Shown here: positions 61,096-64,000 of the stretch, one piece after another
Numbering within the stretch: position 1 is the stretch's first letter
How the letters are laid out: each line of letters starts with the position of its first letter
Origin: Hormiphora californensis
Taxonomy: Eukaryota > Animalia > Ctenophora
Length of the DNA stretch: 64,000 bases
NCBI GenBank assembly: GCA_020137815.1
Contig: CM035359.1
Span: 5,518,001 to 5,582,000 of the forward strand
Direction of reading: 5' to 3'
Position numbers and translations under genes: made by a program
Notes under the pieces: generated by a model
Seen by the model: only the letters and a program-made list of their open reading frames with translations
The model's database searches: none
What the model was told of the DNA's origin: nothing

Positions 61096-61901
61096 TCATT
61101 CCTTTTTCTTCTTCATCTTCAGTATGTATTTGCGGACAAAGAATTTTCCAATGCTGTACATGAACACAATGCTAATGAAGTAGAGAGAGAGCCCTCCAAA
61201 CCTGACAACCCAATCAATCTGAATGGAGGGAGTTAATTGGGAGGGTTGCTAATTGGAAGTTATGTTAATTGGGAGAGTTGCTAATTGGAAGTTTTGTTAA
61301 TTGGGAGGGTTGCTAATTGGAAGTTTTGTTAATTGGGAGAGTTGCTAATTGGAAGTTTTGTTAATTGGGAGAGTTGCTAATTGGAAGTTTTGTTAATTGG
61401 GAGAGTTACTAATTGGAAGTTATTTTAATTGGGAGAGTTGCTAATTGGAAGTTATGTTAATTGGGAGAGTTACTAATTGGAAGTTTTGTTAATTGGGAGA
61501 GTTGCTAATTGGAAGTTATGTTAATTGGGAGAGTTGCTAATTGGAGGGAGGACAATTAGAAAAAATAACAAGGATAACATACCTTATCTGTGATCATTGA
61601 CTGATAGAGAAAGTAAGAGCCAATTCCAAAGCGCCAAAATGCGAATGAGAACACGAAAAGATAATCATTTATAACACCAACCTAAAGAAAACAGTTAGTA
61701 AATCTCTTTTCTAGTGAGCTTACCATAGTATCTTGGCAGCGAGCTGGATAGCGGAGAGAGAACTACGTTACCATGGTAACCACTAACCCACAATTCACTT
61801 ACTATAGTATGATATTGGTTGTGCTCCCTAAGGAACCAGCGAAACTGTAAAACTGGATTAGTAATTTCAGCGCCAAAACAAACTGCAGTCACCTCGGAAC
61901 C
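61096..61901 (-). CDS. TLCD5: 3' exons of TLC-domain protein 5 (TMEM136); 5' exons not found in the window
   Basis: [33 protein letters not shown] | [21 protein letters not shown].. | [26 protein letters not shown].. matches TMEM136 (GSELTNPLLQMRWFLRE). Confidence 0.8.
61232..61545. repeat. 32-bp intronic minisatellite (about 10 copies)
   Basis: Unit gttaattgggagagttgctaattggaagtttt fills most of the last TLCD5 intron. Confidence 0.9.
61767..61780. promoter_or_regulatory. Perfect RFX X-box palindrome
   Basis: GTTACCATGGTAAC inside a short TLCD5 intron. Confidence 0.4.
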
Positions 61902-61902
61902 T

Positions 61903-62065
<163 letters not shown>

Positions 62066-62728
62066 ACAATTTCTAACTGGCATGAAACAAATCAAAACGA
62101 GCTGATATCGCTTTAATCACTGTTATCGTTATAATTTCATGGTACATATTATTAAGGCATGGACAACAACTGTTTCAGTAAACGTGGGACTTGTCACCCA
62201 AATGTGTATTTACAGAACTCGACTTATACAGTTCACTGTCATCCCTCAATAAATAGTTTTACGTTGTAGTTGATGAAAGTTTGAAAGTTATATTGTATAT
62301 TTCACAACTTTCAAATATATTTATATTGACTATATAACTTGATTCCGGCTGCGTTGAAAAGACCGGAGCGACATGACTCATTTAAAATCCGAGATTTCGA
62401 ATTTGCTACAATAACCAAGCGTTGAAGCATTCTATAGTACGTGTTATAAAACATATATTTTTGGGAGAGCACTCGCGTAAACAATATTTTGAGAGTTATG
62501 CAATAAATAAAATAAATTATTTAGCCAGCTCAATAACATTATATAAAGCGTTTGCTTTGTTTTTAAATATCATAAAGTATCGCATTGTAAAATATCTTTT
62601 AAAATACCTTTTAAAATACCTTTTAAAACACTTTTTAAAATGCAGTACCAATCCCCTTTTTCTTTGTTATATAAATAAATTTATTCTTCGCTACATTTCA
62701 ACAAACATTGTGGAGTTAAATAAACCCC

Positions 62729-64000
62729 ATGCTTTGCTGCTTCCTTGCTTTATTTGTGGTCCAGGTCACTGCTCCCGTGGTAGATTTTCAGAGGATCCTC
62801 GACAGGAGACTTAGTAAAGGCGGCTACAGTCCCTCCTGTAACTCCTTATTATCAAATGATATGAAGGGTTCTCTCATCCGGAGGAACACATCTGGGAACC
62901 CTGGTGTTTTCAAATGCCCCTTTACACCAAACAATATAACAACGTGTGGCACTGAAATGAGTGTCAGGGGAGGAGAGAATGCCCAGCAGGTATGCTTGGT
63001 TGATAACTGGGAGTGTGTTCTGAGAGGACCAAATCACCGATGTGACGGTACCTCCCAATGTCTGAGGGATGAGTGTGGCTGTCCCAACACCTCTGTTATC
63101 TACTGCCCAAATGGTGCAGGTTGTGTGTCTTTTGACCAACTCTGCGATGAACTGTCCGATTGCCCCAACGGTGAAGATGAGATAGCGTGTAGAGGTCGTG
63201 AAGAAATACAGTGTTCACGTGTATCACGTGTATCTGGTAAATACGTTAATGTCCGGGCTTACCCTAGAAATTTGTGCAGTGGACGAATATCTGATGTGGC
63301 GGAATGCAGTAACATATGTGCCCAGTTTTTGATCCCAGAAATCAAGGTGTGTCTAGATCACTTTGATACTCTGGCTGCTAACCCGGCTAGTACTAGGAGC
63401 ACTGCCGTATTTGTTGGGAAGTGTAAAAGCTCTTGTAATGTACCGGAGGAGTTATGTGACATGATCGTGGGACGAGACAGGACCTGGCTAGTGATGGAGC
63501 CCTATGCGATGCAATGTCAAAATGTAACAACCCAGATCTCAGTCACTAAAATTTGCAATGGAAAGGCAGACTGTGGAGATTCGAGCGATGAGAAGTACTG
63601 CCCCGGAAGGTTTTACTGTTCCACGCAAGAAGATAAAGTAGAGTGGATTGAGGAAGCAAAGAAATGTGATGACTTCAAAGATTGTAGTAACGGGCTGGAT
63701 GAATGCACCGGTTGTTCGAGGGGTCCCTTTTCCTCGGATAAGAAGATTATCCGGAATTATTTCTTGCTGGCTACTTCAGTGGTTGCTATGGCAGCGATAG
63801 TCTCAGCAAACATCTACAATGGGCTGAAGCTCCAATTTGGGGAGCAGGCCGACCACATTAAAGTCGATAGATACTTGAACGTCCTCTTGATTGTCCATGA
63901 TTTTGCTATGGGGTTGTATCTTGCATGTCTGATCATCGCAAACTTTCGTTACTATGGCAATTACTGTCAGTATGACGCACAATGGAGAACCGGACCATAT
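62729..64000 (+). CDS. LDL-receptor class A repeat GPCR (GRL101/LGR-type 7TM, no LRRs); runs off the window
   Basis: Open frame from ATG 62729: signal MLCCFLALFVVQVTA, LDLa-like repeats (LCDELSDCPNGEDE, ICNGKADCGDSSDE, KCDDFKDCSNGLDE), then TM1 and TM2 HDFAMGLYL...YYGNYCQYDAQWRTG. Confidence 0.85.
   Translation, partial: MLCCFLALFVVQVTAPVVDFQRILDRRLSKGGYSPSCNSLLSNDMKGSLIRRNTSGNPGVFKCPFTPNNITTCGTEMSVRGGENAQQVCLVDNWECVLRGPNHRCDGTSQCLRDECGCPNTSVIYCPNGAGCVSFDQLCDELSDCPNGEDEIACRGREEIQCSRVSRVSGKYVNVRAYPRNLCSGRISDVAECSNICAQFLIPEIKVCLDHFDTLAANPASTRSTAVFVGKCKSSCNVPEELCDMIVGRDRTWLVMEPYAMQCQNVTTQISVTKICNGKADCGDSSDEKYCPGRFYCSTQEDKVEWIEEAKKCDDFKDCSNGLDECTGCSRGPFSSDKKIIRNYFLLATSVVAMAAIVSANIYNGLKLQFGEQADHIKVDRYLNVLLIVHDFAMGLYLACLIIANFRYYGNYCQYDAQWRTGPY

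Overview
Compact, intron-rich animal genomic DNA. A ctenophore origin is likely, inferred from short introns, several nested genes, splice acceptors just upstream of start codons and an LDLa-GPCR without LRRs. From left to right the window holds: the 3' end of a JARID2/KDM5-type JmjC gene; a tight minus-strand block of cilia/flagella-associated genes (CFAP157, LRRC69, TTC29), with ANKRD45 nested on the same strand in the last TTC29 intron; delta-COP (ARCN1), whose 5.5-kb intron hosts a Penelope-like retroelement with hammerhead ribozymes and an antisense gene for a small secreted Ig-domain protein; an LRR gene; two tandem NUDT2 paralogues; a rapidly rearranging array of secreted F-type-lectin/F5-8C-like domains with variable loops; an intronless fungal-type Aur1/IPC-synthase-like gene; SLC30A9; and the 3' exons of TLCD5, with an LDLa-GPCR apparently nested antisense in one of its introns. 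Non-autonomous transposons (TTAA/Kolobok-like, Tc1/mariner-like, 8-bp-TSD, Helitron-like) and AG microsatellites fill introns and intergenic DNA. All homology calls come from motif recognition by eye; no database searches were run.
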